Part shown: positions 29,651 to 38,255 of the stretch, in pieces | How the letters are laid out: the number at the start of each line of letters is the position of its first letter | How positions within the stretch are numbered: position 1 is the stretch's first letter | Virus record (IMG/VR): IMGVR_UViG_3300012942_000043 | Span: 7,897 to 71,896 of that record | Strand: one strand, 5' to 3' | Source of the DNA: a virus | Length of the DNA stretch: 64,000 nucleotides | Notes under the pieces: model-generated | Told to the model about the DNA's origin: nothing | The model's database searches: none | The model's input: only the letters and a program-made list of their open reading frames with translations | Program-made: the position numbers and the translations under genes

Positions 29651-30100
29651 ATGTCATTGGAAGACGAAGCCAGAGAGTTGGTTGATAAGACCAACGAGAT
29701 GGTACATAGTCAGCTAGCGTACCAGGACCTCAAGTTCTACTTGCTGACGTTCGTCAACTTGTACATCGGTTGCTTGGTCTTATTCTCACGTGAGTATGAC
29801 ATACTCAAATTGACATTTATCGACCACCTTCCTGGAGGGGTGATTCTCTATGGCGTTGGCCACCTTGTCGCGGGAGCACTACTGATAGCTTCTCGTTGGT
29901 TCAAGCTACGATATCAACGACTTGCTTATGCTATCAATGCTGGTTGGTACGCTTACATCACAGCGATCACTGTGACGGCGGGATTCGTCTACGGCTGGTG
30001 GTCTACCAGTGCTCTGCCGTTTCAGCTGCTGGTGTGCTACCTATCTATGCGAACCGGGATTGACCTGCAGAAGCCGTTCCGAGGGACACACAAGCAATGA
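29651..30100 (+). CDS. Membrane protein with ~4 TM segments, holin-like
   Basis: Four hydrophobic segments; end of the late operon. Confidence 0.65.
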   Translation: MSLEDEARELVDKTNEMVHSQLAYQDLKFYLLTFVNLYIGCLVLFSREYDILKLTFIDHLPGGVILYGVGHLVAGALLIASRWFKLRYQRLAYAINAGWYAYITAITVTAGFVYGWWSTSALPFQLLVCYLSMRTGIDLQKPFRGTHKQ

Positions 30101-30528
30101 TGATGAGCCTGTGGGAAGTGCTGATGCCGCTGGCAGAGGGTGAAGGAGATTCACCCGGTGGCTGGTTAGCACACATCGGCATTCCCACTGGCATCGCATC
30201 AGCCATTGCTGTTGTAGTAGTTACCCTGATCAAGGCTCGATCTACTGATCGTCGTCAACTGTCGCGGGATCAGGAGCGGTACATCTCCCGCGTGACTCGG
30301 GAGCGCAACCAAGCAGTCGCTGAGCAGGAGCGGCTCCAGGAACAGCTGGATGCCGAGCGAGAAGCTCGCCGTATCGCTGAGGACGCTTCTGCGGAGGCTA
30401 GACGGTCTGTGGCGGCGCTGCAGGAGCAGATCGAGCATCTGACCGGGGAGATCACTGAGCTCCGTGCTGAGGTCTCTAGACTCAATGAACAGTTCAAACA
30501 TAGCGGAGACGCTCCGGACCCGTCATAA
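30097..30528 (+). CDS. Single-TM plus coiled-coil protein, lysis accessory or holin-like
   Basis: IASAIAVVVVTLI followed by a long coiled coil. Confidence 0.65.
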   Translation: MMMSLWEVLMPLAEGEGDSPGGWLAHIGIPTGIASAIAVVVVTLIKARSTDRRQLSRDQERYISRVTRERNQAVAEQERLQEQLDAEREARRIAEDASAEARRSVAALQEQIEHLTGEITELRAEVSRLNEQFKHSGDAPDPS

Positions 30529-30559
30529 TCGAACTAGTGCGCTCCCCTCTCGCGCATGA

Positions 30560-30605
30560 CAGAACCCCGGCCCATCTCGCCAGTGGGATACCGGGGTTCT
30601 GCTTT
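30560..30605 (+). terminator. Terminator of the structural operon
   Basis: CAGAACCCCGG...CCGGGGTTCTG then CTTT. Confidence 0.7.
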
Positions 30606-30653
30606 ACCCAAGGGTTATCGACATACAATGTAACTGGTGCTACCTAGGATAGA

Positions 30654-30695
30654 GTTCAGCCCGGAGAGCCAATCTCACAGCTCTCCGGGCTGAAC
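30654..30695. terminator. 16-bp stem-loop at the convergence of the two arms
   Basis: GTTCAGCCCGGAGAGC / GCTCTCCGGGCTGAAC. Confidence 0.7.
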
Positions 30696-30740
30696 CTTTA
30701 CCCAGCGGTGAACCCCCGAACACCGCTCCCTGACGGATTG

Positions 30741-31352
30741 TCAGGGGGCCTCAGCGATGATCTGCGCGTCAGCGCCACGACCATCACGGACGACGTTGAA
30801 GCCGTGATCCTTGCGGAGCACCTGACCGACGATGAGGATGCGACGGTCGAGCTCGGTGTCCTCGTCGTAGTCGTCCGACGCGGTACGCGGCTTGAGGTCG
30901 ATCTTCTTCTTGAGCCGCTTCACCATGTCGGTACGCTTGCCGCCCTTGATGAGCTCTTCGGCGATGATGTGCATGTTGGTGCCGGTCTTGAACGGGTTGC
31001 CGTTCTCGTTCGGCTCTTCGTCCTCGACGACCTTCTTCGCTGCAGCCTTCTTGGCGGGAGCCGCCTTCTTCGGAGCAGCCTTGACGGCCTTCGCGGGAGC
31101 CTTCTTCGCGGCGGCACGACGACGCGGGGCCGGAGCCTCGTCCTCTTCGTCATCCTCCACAGCCTTCACAGCCCGACCACGCGTACGAGTAGCCTTCTTG
31201 GGAGCAGGAGCCTCATCGGCAGCTTCAGAGCCGTCCAGCGCAGCCACAGCCGCGCGGAGGTCTGCGAGGGACAGCGAGTCCCAGTCATCGATTTCGTTCT
31301 CACGTGCGATCTTGCGGAGTTCCTTCGCACTGAGCTTAGTTGCAGTGGCCAT
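30741..31352 (-). CDS. Histone-like/nucleoid protein: Rho_N/HeH-like domain, PAKK linker, winged-helix-like domain; frame open to GTG 31571
   Basis: LSAKELRKIARE...LSLADL; AKKAPAK repeats; NPFKTGT. Confidence 0.75.
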   Translation of the reverse strand: MATATKLSAKELRKIARENEIDDWDSLSLADLRAAVAALDGSEAADEAPAPKKATRTRGRAVKAVEDDEEDEAPAPRRRAAAKKAPAKAVKAAPKKAAPAKKAAAKKVVEDEEPNENGNPFKTGTNMHIIAEELIKGGKRTDMVKRLKKKIDLKPRTASDDYDEDTELDRRILIVGQVLRKDHGFNVVRDGRGADAQIIAEAP

Positions 31353-31395
31353 CTTGTTGTTCCTGTTCTCGGTCTCAATCGGACTCGGACTACCA

Positions 31396-31425
31396 ATTAT
31401 ATCTACATTGTCTGATGCCAAGCAA
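31396..31425 (-). promoter_or_regulatory. SigA-type promoter for the histone-like gene
   Basis: TTGCTT-18 nt-TATAAT on the minus strand. Confidence 0.55.
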
Positions 31426-31567
31426 ACTGTAAACGGATCTCCGTCAAGTTTGACTTCCACCACGTCAGTGCGCACGTGCCTTACATAAACACCTTTACGC
31501 ACTCTTGCTGTTTTGTGTCCTCCTGGTCGAAACTTCACCCTAGTCCCGGCCGGAGTTCCATCTGCGA

Positions 31568-31762
31568 TCACTGGTGCTCCTGAGGTGCTGGGCGAATGGA
31601 TTGTTCTCTGGAATTGCTAACTGAAAAGGATTGTACGCACATACCAACACTCTGCAGCACTAATTCAGCGGTGCGTTCCCAGGTAGTGACACGCTTCCAA
31701 CAGGTGTGATGGACAGGTTGCTCATTGAACAGGTACAGGCGCGAACCAACTTCAGGTGCCAT
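31568..31762 (-). CDS. Hypothetical protein
   Basis: AAGGAG RBS, tight packing. Confidence 0.55.
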   Translation of the reverse strand: MAPEVGSRLYLFNEQPVHHTCWKRVTTWERTAELVLQSVGMCVQSFSVSNSREQSIRPAPQEHQ

Positions 31763-31764
31763 AG

Positions 31765-31998
31765 CTACTCCTTGTTGGTCCAGATCTCACGGACCTCATC
31801 GACGCGCTCACTGAGCAGCTTCATGTGCTCGACGTGCAGCTTCTTGTGTTCGCGTTCGATGACTCTGGTGTTGTTAACCACTGGTCGTGATGTCCCAATG
31901 GATAGCTCCATCGACTCGTAGTCTCCGAGATTGACCTTGATGGTAGATTGCGACCACACCCGTGCTTGGGTATCGTCTCCTACTTGTTCTTTTGGCAT
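31765..31998 (-). CDS. Hypothetical protein
   Basis: KVNLGDYES motif common in small phage proteins; GAGGTG RBS. Confidence 0.7.
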   Translation of the reverse strand: MPKEQVGDDTQARVWSQSTIKVNLGDYESMELSIGTSRPVVNNTRVIEREHKKLHVEHMKLLSERVDEVREIWTNKE

Positions 31999-32029
31999 GT
32001 ATCAACCACCTCTATAGCATTTTAAGCAA

Positions 32030-32063
32030 ACAACCCCGACCACCGTGAGGCAGCCGGGGTTGT
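32030..32063 (-). terminator. Stem-loop terminator
   Basis: ACAACCCCG...CGGGGTTGT followed by a T-rich tract on the minus strand. Confidence 0.6.
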
Positions 32064-32076
32064 GCGTGGGGCAGAA

Positions 32077-32313
32077 CTATTCAGGATCAGAGAACGTGAT
32101 CGACACGTCTTCGCCGAGCCGGTCTTCGAACCAGGCACCAGCGCTTTCCTGAGTGACAGTCATGCTGATGTCGCCAGACGGAGTGTACTTTGACCACTCC
32201 TTGTTGTCATCAGTAGGTCGCACAACTGGAGACAGCTTGACGGTGTGGTTGATTCCACCAGATACCTGCTGCTTGACGATCTCGCGAACATAAAACCGTG
32301 CCGCTACGGACAT
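32077..32313 (-). CDS. Small phage hypothetical protein (WSKYTPSG motif)
   Basis: GAGGAG RBS; flanked by hairpins. Confidence 0.75.
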   Translation of the reverse strand: MSVAARFYVREIVKQQVSGGINHTVKLSPVVRPTDDNKEWSKYTPSGDISMTVTQESAGAWFEDRLGEDVSITFSDPE

Positions 32314-32386
32314 GGTGGCTCCTCATAGAGTTGGAATGTGGTAGCGGCTGCGAACAGGATTTGCGCCCTCGTCCGACCGCTAACAA

Positions 32387-33109
32387 TTATCGCGCGTACA
32401 CCAGTCGGCAGGGCGGGAATGCAGCCGGAGGCCAGGCGTCCATCTCGTCAATCTTTCCGAGGTTGGTTCCCTTGACTAGCTCGTAAGCGGACTCCAGCTG
32501 CTCCACCACGCCATGGAAGCGAGCGATGGTCGGGTCCACATCAAACGACCACTCGAACACCATCCCAGCGGGAAGGTACTTGTTACCAACTCCGGTGAAC
32601 AGCCACTCCAGAATCGGCATCTCGGTGCCTTCGATGTCCATCTTCAGCCACTTGTCGCCGGAGAGGATGCGCTTGGCGTGAACAGTGGGCACCTCGATGT
32701 CAGTGCCACCCTTCCAGTTGCGCTCGATGGAATTGCGCCAGACGTTGCCACGAGCCGTGTTGCAGTGTAGCGTGACTGACTTGCGGTTATCAGCCACCAC
32801 TGCAGCCTGCGTGATGGTGATCTGCTTGCTCAGCTTGTTGATCTTGGCATTGCGAGCAACGAGCTCGCACATCTCCGGGTCAGGCTCGAACGCTTCCACC
32901 TGGATGGAACGGTGCTGCGAAGCGGCCCACACGCTGAACGCACCGACGTTGGCTCCGAAGTCCACCCATTGCTCGTCTTCGCCGGGAGTGAAGCCATGCC
33001 GGGAGTAGGAACGGCGCTCTACCACTTCAGCGATAGCCTTACAGTCCGACGTACCCGGACGGGTGTCGAACTTCAGGCCATCCACCTCAATGCGCTCAAG
33101 CTTAGTCAT
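32387..33109 (-). CDS. FkbM-family SAM-dependent methyltransferase
   Basis: VDFGANVG, AFEPDP, LKMDIEGTE. Confidence 0.9.
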   Translation of the reverse strand: MTKLERIEVDGLKFDTRPGTSDCKAIAEVVERRSYSRHGFTPGEDEQWVDFGANVGAFSVWAASQHRSIQVEAFEPDPEMCELVARNAKINKLSKQITITQAAVVADNRKSVTLHCNTARGNVWRNSIERNWKGGTDIEVPTVHAKRILSGDKWLKMDIEGTEMPILEWLFTGVGNKYLPAGMVFEWSFDVDPTIARFHGVVEQLESAYELVKGTNLGKIDEMDAWPPAAFPPCRLVYAR

Positions 33110-33320
33110 CAATGCCTGCCTTCAGTCTCATCAGTTGTAGTTGCTGCTCGGGTGACCAGAACCCCCACCCGGCAGGTGAGGTGTAGGCTGGTGGTGGTGC
33201 TTTGCCGGATTGCTGCCATCGGCGGAACTGCCTTGGCTTCAAACCAAGGAACGTGCAGAGCTCGCCTGACGACATAAACCCGCGATGTTCGCCACGCTGG
33301 ATATCTACTCGTTCCCTCAT
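33102..33320 (-). CDS. MerR/excisionase-like HTH protein
   Basis: ELCTFLGL...RRWQQSGKAPPP...W. Confidence 0.7.
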   Translation of the reverse strand: MRERVDIQRGEHRGFMSSGELCTFLGLKPRQFRRWQQSGKAPPPAYTSPAGWGFWSPEQQLQLMRLKAGIDD

Positions 33321-33327
33321 GGAATTG

Positions 33328-33534
33328 TTACGAGAAAACCAGCGGGTCGGCGAAACGCTCGAGATCCCGGTTGTCGAATCCTGGACAGGTAGTGGTGGCG
33401 GTTCTTGAAGTCATCTCAGCATTGCCATCCGAGGTCACGTCGATCTCAACCAGTGATTGCTCGTAGGGGTGCTGAGTGTGCTCAACTTCTTGTCCGCACC
33501 ACTGAATACGATTGCTAAGTCTACGACTGCTCAT
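33328..33534 (-). CDS. Small hypothetical protein (C..H..H...CPG)
   Basis: ATGA overlap; metal-binding residue pattern. Confidence 0.55.
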   Translation of the reverse strand: MSSRRLSNRIQWCGQEVEHTQHPYEQSLVEIDVTSDGNAEMTSRTATTTCPGFDNRDLERFADPLVFS

Positions 33535-33692
33535 GCTGCAGTCCACCTTCCTCTTACTTTGGGTTGCGCTATCTTAATGTTCATGCACTTACATGAACAC
33601 AGTGGTTCGTTGCGACCGACCTTCTGTCGTGCCACATCCACACAGCGCGAATGAGTACCTGACTGGCACGCAGTACAGGTCCAGTTCACCAC
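33531..33692 (-). CDS. Small Cys-rich protein
   Basis: CxxC...HxxC...CxCxC. Confidence 0.5.
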   Translation of the reverse strand: MVNWTCTACQSGTHSRCVDVARQKVGRNEPLCSCKCMNIKIAQPKVRGRWTAA

Positions 33693-33729
33693 AGGCAGAC
33701 CCTGGTGGTGCTTACGACGGCGGCGACGG

Positions 33730-33906
33730 CTAGACACGGTGGTGCTGCGCATGCGCTAGTTGGTGCGCTTCAGTAACACGGCCACCGCAGTCATCGCATA
33801 TCCACATCTGCACCCTCTTGAGATCAGGGCGGATGTTAACATAACGAACATAGCCGCGTGCTGTCAATGGCGCAGGCATTTGGATGACAGGAAACTCTGC
33901 GTTCAT
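33730..33906 (-). CDS. Small C2H2-like zinc-binding protein
   Basis: CDDC...HxxxH; ATGA overlap. Confidence 0.55.
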   Translation of the reverse strand: MNAEFPVIQMPAPLTARGYVRYVNIRPDLKRVQMWICDDCGGRVTEAHQLAHAQHHRV

Positions 33907-34271
33907 GGGATGCTCAGATACGGTGCCTTCTGGATGACCATGGAGCACTGAGCCACCACCGCAGGGTCGAGACGACCACTGGTCATGGCGCGGGCCAGTT
34001 CATCCTTGTCAACCTCACGCCTCTGGACCTTGCGCATCTTCGCGGTGCCGAACAACTCCACCATACGGTCGAAGTCGTAGCGGACCTCTTCCGGAGACAC
34101 CAGGGTGATCTTCTGTCCAGCGGTCTCGATGAGGCGCGTGTTGCGGCGTTCCAGTTCGGTCATGATGCGGGCACCAAGCTCGGCGCGCTCGCGCGCTGTC
34201 TTCTTCTCCTGGTCCTTCAGTTCTTTCCACCGCTTAGCCAATTGCGCCAAGCGAGCGTCTGTCATAGGCAT
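33903..34271 (-). CDS. Hypothetical coiled-coil protein
   Basis: GAGGAG RBS. Confidence 0.75.
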   Translation of the reverse strand: MPMTDARLAQLAKRWKELKDQEKKTARERAELGARIMTELERRNTRLIETAGQKITLVSPEEVRYDFDRMVELFGTAKMRKVQRREVDKDELARAMTSGRLDPAVVAQCSMVIQKAPYLSIP

Positions 34272-34307
34272 GGTGTGCTCCTCTCTAAAGAATTAGACGC
34301 GAGTTGC

Positions 34308-34577
34308 TTACGGTCGGAGCGGAAAACCCTGCTCGATGTCGTTGGCAATATCAAACAGCAGTCGTTCTACCTGCATTTGGAAGTGTTCAGGCAGATCCGG
34401 ATGTGAACCCAGAATGCGACCACGCAGCTGCTCGGCCATGCGCTGACGATCAGCCAACACTGCTGCGTCAGCGGCAGCGGTGAGGATGTCTCTGGTGGTG
34501 AAATTCCTTGCCTCCAACTTGCCTACTGACTTGGCAGCCTCAGCGATGTAGTGCTCCCGGAACATGTTCTTGGTCAC
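34308..34577 (-). CDS. Hypothetical protein
   Basis: Abuts the helicase stop. Confidence 0.65.
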   Translation of the reverse strand: MTKNMFREHYIAEAAKSVGKLEARNFTTRDILTAAADAAVLADRQRMAEQLRGRILGSHPDLPEHFQMQVERLLFDIANDIEQGFPLRP

Positions 34578-37405
34578 TAGATCAGATCCCTAATCGATCC
34601 GAGTACTGTGCGCTGCACCTTCTCGCCCCCGTCGTTCTCCACAAAGGCATTAAACGTGTTTCGCTTGTCGGCGTTGATTTCCTCGACTCGTTCCTCGTAG
34701 GTATCTGCGCCAAACAGGTCCAGCACGGTGACGGACTCCACGGTGGAGTTGAGTCCGCGCAGACCACCGGCGGCTGACCGAGCAATGAACTGGTCATTGA
34801 TGAACGGTGACCAATCCTTGTCGGTCAGGATGACGTGGGTAGCGGCTCCGAGGCTTACCGCCTCGCGGTTAGCTCCGATGGTGCCGATGTAGAGATGACA
34901 GGAAGGATCGTCATTGAATCGATCAGCCTGCTTCATGCGAGCATCACCAGTGACCGAGCCATCCACGTAGGCCGGGTTGTACTTCTCGAACTCCCGCATG
35001 AGAATTTTGGTAGCTTTAGACCACTCGCTACCAATGATCGCTTTCTCACCAGAATCCACCAGCGACTCGACGATGGTGTGGAGCTCAGCGATCTTAGCGC
35101 TGTGCTTGGACCCGCCATAGAGCTCGGGTGAGAAGCACGCCTGCTTCAGCCTGGTAATGTGAGCCAGGATGCTGGTGATCTTCTTGGTCTGGCCAGACTC
35201 CAGGACGATGAGCAACTCATCCTTGACCTTGTTGTACAACTTACGCTGCTCTTTGGTGAGCTCGATGGGCACTCGAATGATCTGCTTCTTCGGCAGATCC
35301 TTCAGGACCTGGTCTTTGCGGCGACGGATAGAGCGAGGCTCCAAGAACTCCTTAATCTCCCGCATGATGATCGGGTGATATCCAGCTGGCTTGCCGGTTG
35401 GCTTGTCGATGATCTGGATGCTGCGCTCGTAGTGGTCATAGTCCGGGAACACTTCAGGCCAGCATCGGTTCAGCACTGGCCACAGTTGCTCTGGACGGTT
35501 CATGTAAGGAGTGCCAGACATCGGCAGCCATCGTTCAGACTGCAGATGCATGAGACCTTGGGTCTGCTGACTGGTAGGTGAGCCGAAACGATGGTACTCA
35601 TCGATAATGGCGATGTCATACATAAAGTTGAACAGGTCCGGATACTTCGGCTTCCACACCCTCTGCTTACCTTCAAACCCAACTGCTCCGCGCAGCATCT
35701 CTGGGTTGATGACAGTGATCTCAGGACGAGATGAGATAGCAAGGTCTCGCTTTATAGGAGTCATCCGGTCAGAATCAATAACGACAAGATCAAGATCAGC
35801 GAATCGAGAGTTCTCACGCTCCCACACGAACTTGCCATTCTTTGGAGCTATGACTAAGATGTTGAGTTTCTTGCTGCGGTAGTACCGATGCTTGAGAACC
35901 AGGATTGCTGACAACGCAATTAAGGTGTTGTGTGTAACTATGTGGTGTCGGGTGAGATACAAGTGCTCTGGATTGTCTACCAGAATGCACACAGCTTCAT
36001 CATCATCGATGTACTCGATTGATTCGATGGCTCGGTTAGGCTGATACTTAGGGCGATCACGGTACGCGTCAGCTTTCCGAGGCAAGCGAAATGGCATGAT
36101 GCCAGGCGGTAGAGCGATGGTCAGAACCCAGCCATCACGCTCAGCGTAAGAGCCATCAGGACGCTTGCAGCGGGCGTGCTTGATGTTCTTCTTAGCGGTG
36201 CCACCAAGAGACTCAACTAGCTCGCGCAGCTGGTCTATGAGGGTTTCGCTGATGTTGCTGAATTGCACAGCATTGTCCGGACGGCACTCACCGTCGGTGT
36301 CAAGCAAACCCTGGATAAGAGCAATGCGCTGAGCTACAGAACCATGCATGTACTCAATCGGGATGTGCTTCTGATCTCTCACACAATTGATGAGTCCGAG
36401 TTCTCGCCAGGCAGAACGCAACGGATTATCGCCACAAACAGTTCCTCGATACCGCCATCCTCCATTGATGGCAGTAAAGCTGATCCCATTTGTTAATCTC
36501 ATCACTTCTTGATGAATAAACTCATCAATGCCCGCTAGCACACAAGCAGAAAAAGTGCCATCACCAAGAAATGCGCCAAGAACATAAGGATCAATTGGAA
36601 TATTGGCTTCAGGATACTGCACTGGTTCGCACATCGGAATCCACCACATACGATTACCGTTATCGCGGTGCAATCCAGCTTCAAGGATCTGAGCAGTAGT
36701 CATAGTCCGCCAGTGATCAGGGCGGCGGAAGCGATCATTTGGGGTCTGGACATTCCAGAGGTGCTCATATGTGCAATCTGTCCAGCTACCATCGCTGAAG
36801 GTGACGCGGTAGATAGCCTTCTTACCCTGCGGAAACACTCCAATGACTGGAGTTGGATTACCATCTCGACCTATGACTAAATCCCCAACTTTGAGTTGGC
36901 CAATAGCAGTCCATCCTTCTGGAGTAAGGACTGGTTCATCAAATTTTTCGGCCTTGCCTAAACCCATCTCGTCGTTCTCAAGAAAGTGCTCAATATACTT
37001 ATCGTCATTGTCTCCTGACATGTACTGAACGATATCGTGAATGGCTGTGTATTGAAAATTGTAAGGTCTGATAGCCTTATCGTTCTTACGATCCCACAGA
37101 CCAGGGATCTTGAACGGAGCTATCTCACGAGTTTCCATCTCCTTGGAGTGGATGCGATCTAGCCTTCGCTGAAGTCCGGTGGACTTCTGAGCATTAGGGA
37201 ATGCCAGAAGCAATGTGTCCAGATAGCTGGAATTGAACAGATAGCGGTACTGACGAGTGTGTGGATTCCAGCGTCTGACTGGTCTAACCTTGTCACCTAG
37301 TACAGCGGCAATGACTGGTCCGGCTTTGGTGATGTCATTGCCTTCACAAACTAGTACTACGTGACGCTTACCTGACTCATTAGGTTTGCTGAGAGAGATC
37401 AGCAT
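34577..37405 (-). CDS. SNF2-family helicase interrupted by an intein
   Basis: DEMGLGK|T, IIDEYH, SGTPYMN, RRRKDQVLKDLP, SAKI, DWSP motifs. Confidence 0.92.
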   Translation of the reverse strand: MLISLSKPNESGKRHVVLVCEGNDITKAGPVIAAVLGDKVRPVRRWNPHTRQYRYLFNSSYLDTLLLAFPNAQKSTGLQRRLDRIHSKEMETREIAPFKIPGLWDRKNDKAIRPYNFQYTAIHDIVQYMSGDNDDKYIEHFLENDEMGLGKAEKFDEPVLTPEGWTAIGQLKVGDLVIGRDGNPTPVIGVFPQGKKAIYRVTFSDGSWTDCTYEHLWNVQTPNDRFRRPDHWRTMTTAQILEAGLHRDNGNRMWWIPMCEPVQYPEANIPIDPYVLGAFLGDGTFSACVLAGIDEFIHQEVMRLTNGISFTAINGGWRYRGTVCGDNPLRSAWRELGLINCVRDQKHIPIEYMHGSVAQRIALIQGLLDTDGECRPDNAVQFSNISETLIDQLRELVESLGGTAKKNIKHARCKRPDGSYAERDGWVLTIALPPGIMPFRLPRKADAYRDRPKYQPNRAIESIEYIDDDEAVCILVDNPEHLYLTRHHIVTHNTLIALSAILVLKHRYYRSKKLNILVIAPKNGKFVWERENSRFADLDLVVIDSDRMTPIKRDLAISSRPEITVINPEMLRGAVGFEGKQRVWKPKYPDLFNFMYDIAIIDEYHRFGSPTSQQTQGLMHLQSERWLPMSGTPYMNRPEQLWPVLNRCWPEVFPDYDHYERSIQIIDKPTGKPAGYHPIIMREIKEFLEPRSIRRRKDQVLKDLPKKQIIRVPIELTKEQRKLYNKVKDELLIVLESGQTKKITSILAHITRLKQACFSPELYGGSKHSAKIAELHTIVESLVDSGEKAIIGSEWSKATKILMREFEKYNPAYVDGSVTGDARMKQADRFNDDPSCHLYIGTIGANREAVSLGAATHVILTDKDWSPFINDQFIARSAAGGLRGLNSTVESVTVLDLFGADTYEERVEEINADKRNTFNAFVENDGGEKVQRTVLGSIRDLI
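35927..36952 (-). mobile_element. Class 3 intein (342 aa) with LAGLIDADG homing endonuclease
   Basis: Starts with Ala; block B EHLW, block F VCILV, block G VTHN|T; LGAFLGDG and IQGLLDTDG. Confidence 0.9.
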
Positions 37406-37638
37406 GAGATCAGAAGTTCCGCTTGGACCATCGACTGAACGAAGGTGGAGTCAGTAGTGGGATCAATCTCCACTCGGTACATCTCAGAGCACCGCTTCGC
37501 GGTAGCTTTCCGATAGCTCTCTCGAGACCGGGGAGTTGCGAGTTTATAGCTAGCCATACTCTCGACAATTTCGCTGGAATCATAACCACCAACGACAGTA
37601 CCGTCCATCAGACGGTACTCCTTCAACTGCCTACCCAT
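37399..37638 (-). CDS. Hypothetical protein
   Basis: AGGAG RBS; upstream TATAAT on the minus strand (~37702-37707). Confidence 0.7.
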   Translation of the reverse strand: MGRQLKEYRLMDGTVVGGYDSSEIVESMASYKLATPRSRESYRKATAKRCSEMYRVEIDPTTDSTFVQSMVQAELLISC

Positions 37639-37739
37639 GATCTTGTTCTCCTACTTAGCTCGCTTGTGTTTCCAGAGTCCATCTCTGAGAGCTATGTGAG
37701 TATTATACCCAACTGCTTTCCTAGAAATTCCTTGATCCT

Positions 37740-38250
37740 ACATTGAATTTGTAAATCAACTTCATAGTACTCCCGCTTTTGTACCAATCTCTTATCTGGA
37801 ATTTCCTATATCGTAATCACTGACAAGGTACTCACAGCTGACAGCTAGCAGAACTGCATGACAAACCCTTGTCAGGCTTGTCATTGTCAGCAATCTGCTG
37901 GTCAGTCTCCACTGACTCGGCTAGGCACTACCTAGCCCCGTGCGGTTACACTCCTGAAGGTCTTCGTTGTCCGCTTCAGCGGATGATTAGGATGGGGTCA
38001 GCATCCTAGCTACGCAGGCACGCCGAATTACGCAGCAAGCCTCAGGATCTAGTCGAGGATTGGTTGAAGCTACCTTTAACATCGAGGGAAGGGACAACCG
38101 GCCCTAAGCCATGCGCCTTGCTATTCAATCGTCACGCTCTGAATTCCTCTGGCTCCAGATCGTGACGCCTACCGCATATAGCGGACAGGTATCGAACGAT
38201 ATCTTACGCAGACTGCTCGATTGCCTAGAATAGCTTTCAGTCCCCGCCAC
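37740..38250. other. Non-coding divergence region; candidate origin or structured RNA
   Basis: AT-rich segment, TGACA/TGTCA repeats, six hairpins, upstream of dnaB. Confidence 0.5.
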
Positions 38251-38255
38251 CAGCC

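Noticed and set aside
33102..33320. Excisionase implying a temperate lifestyle
   Set aside because: No integrase, repressor or att-like site in the window; such HTH proteins also occur in lytic phages.
33590..33630. KVGRNEPLCSC resembling the SecA SEC-C motif
   Set aside because: The CPCGSGKKYKxC part is absent; probably coincidental within a generic Cys-rich protein.
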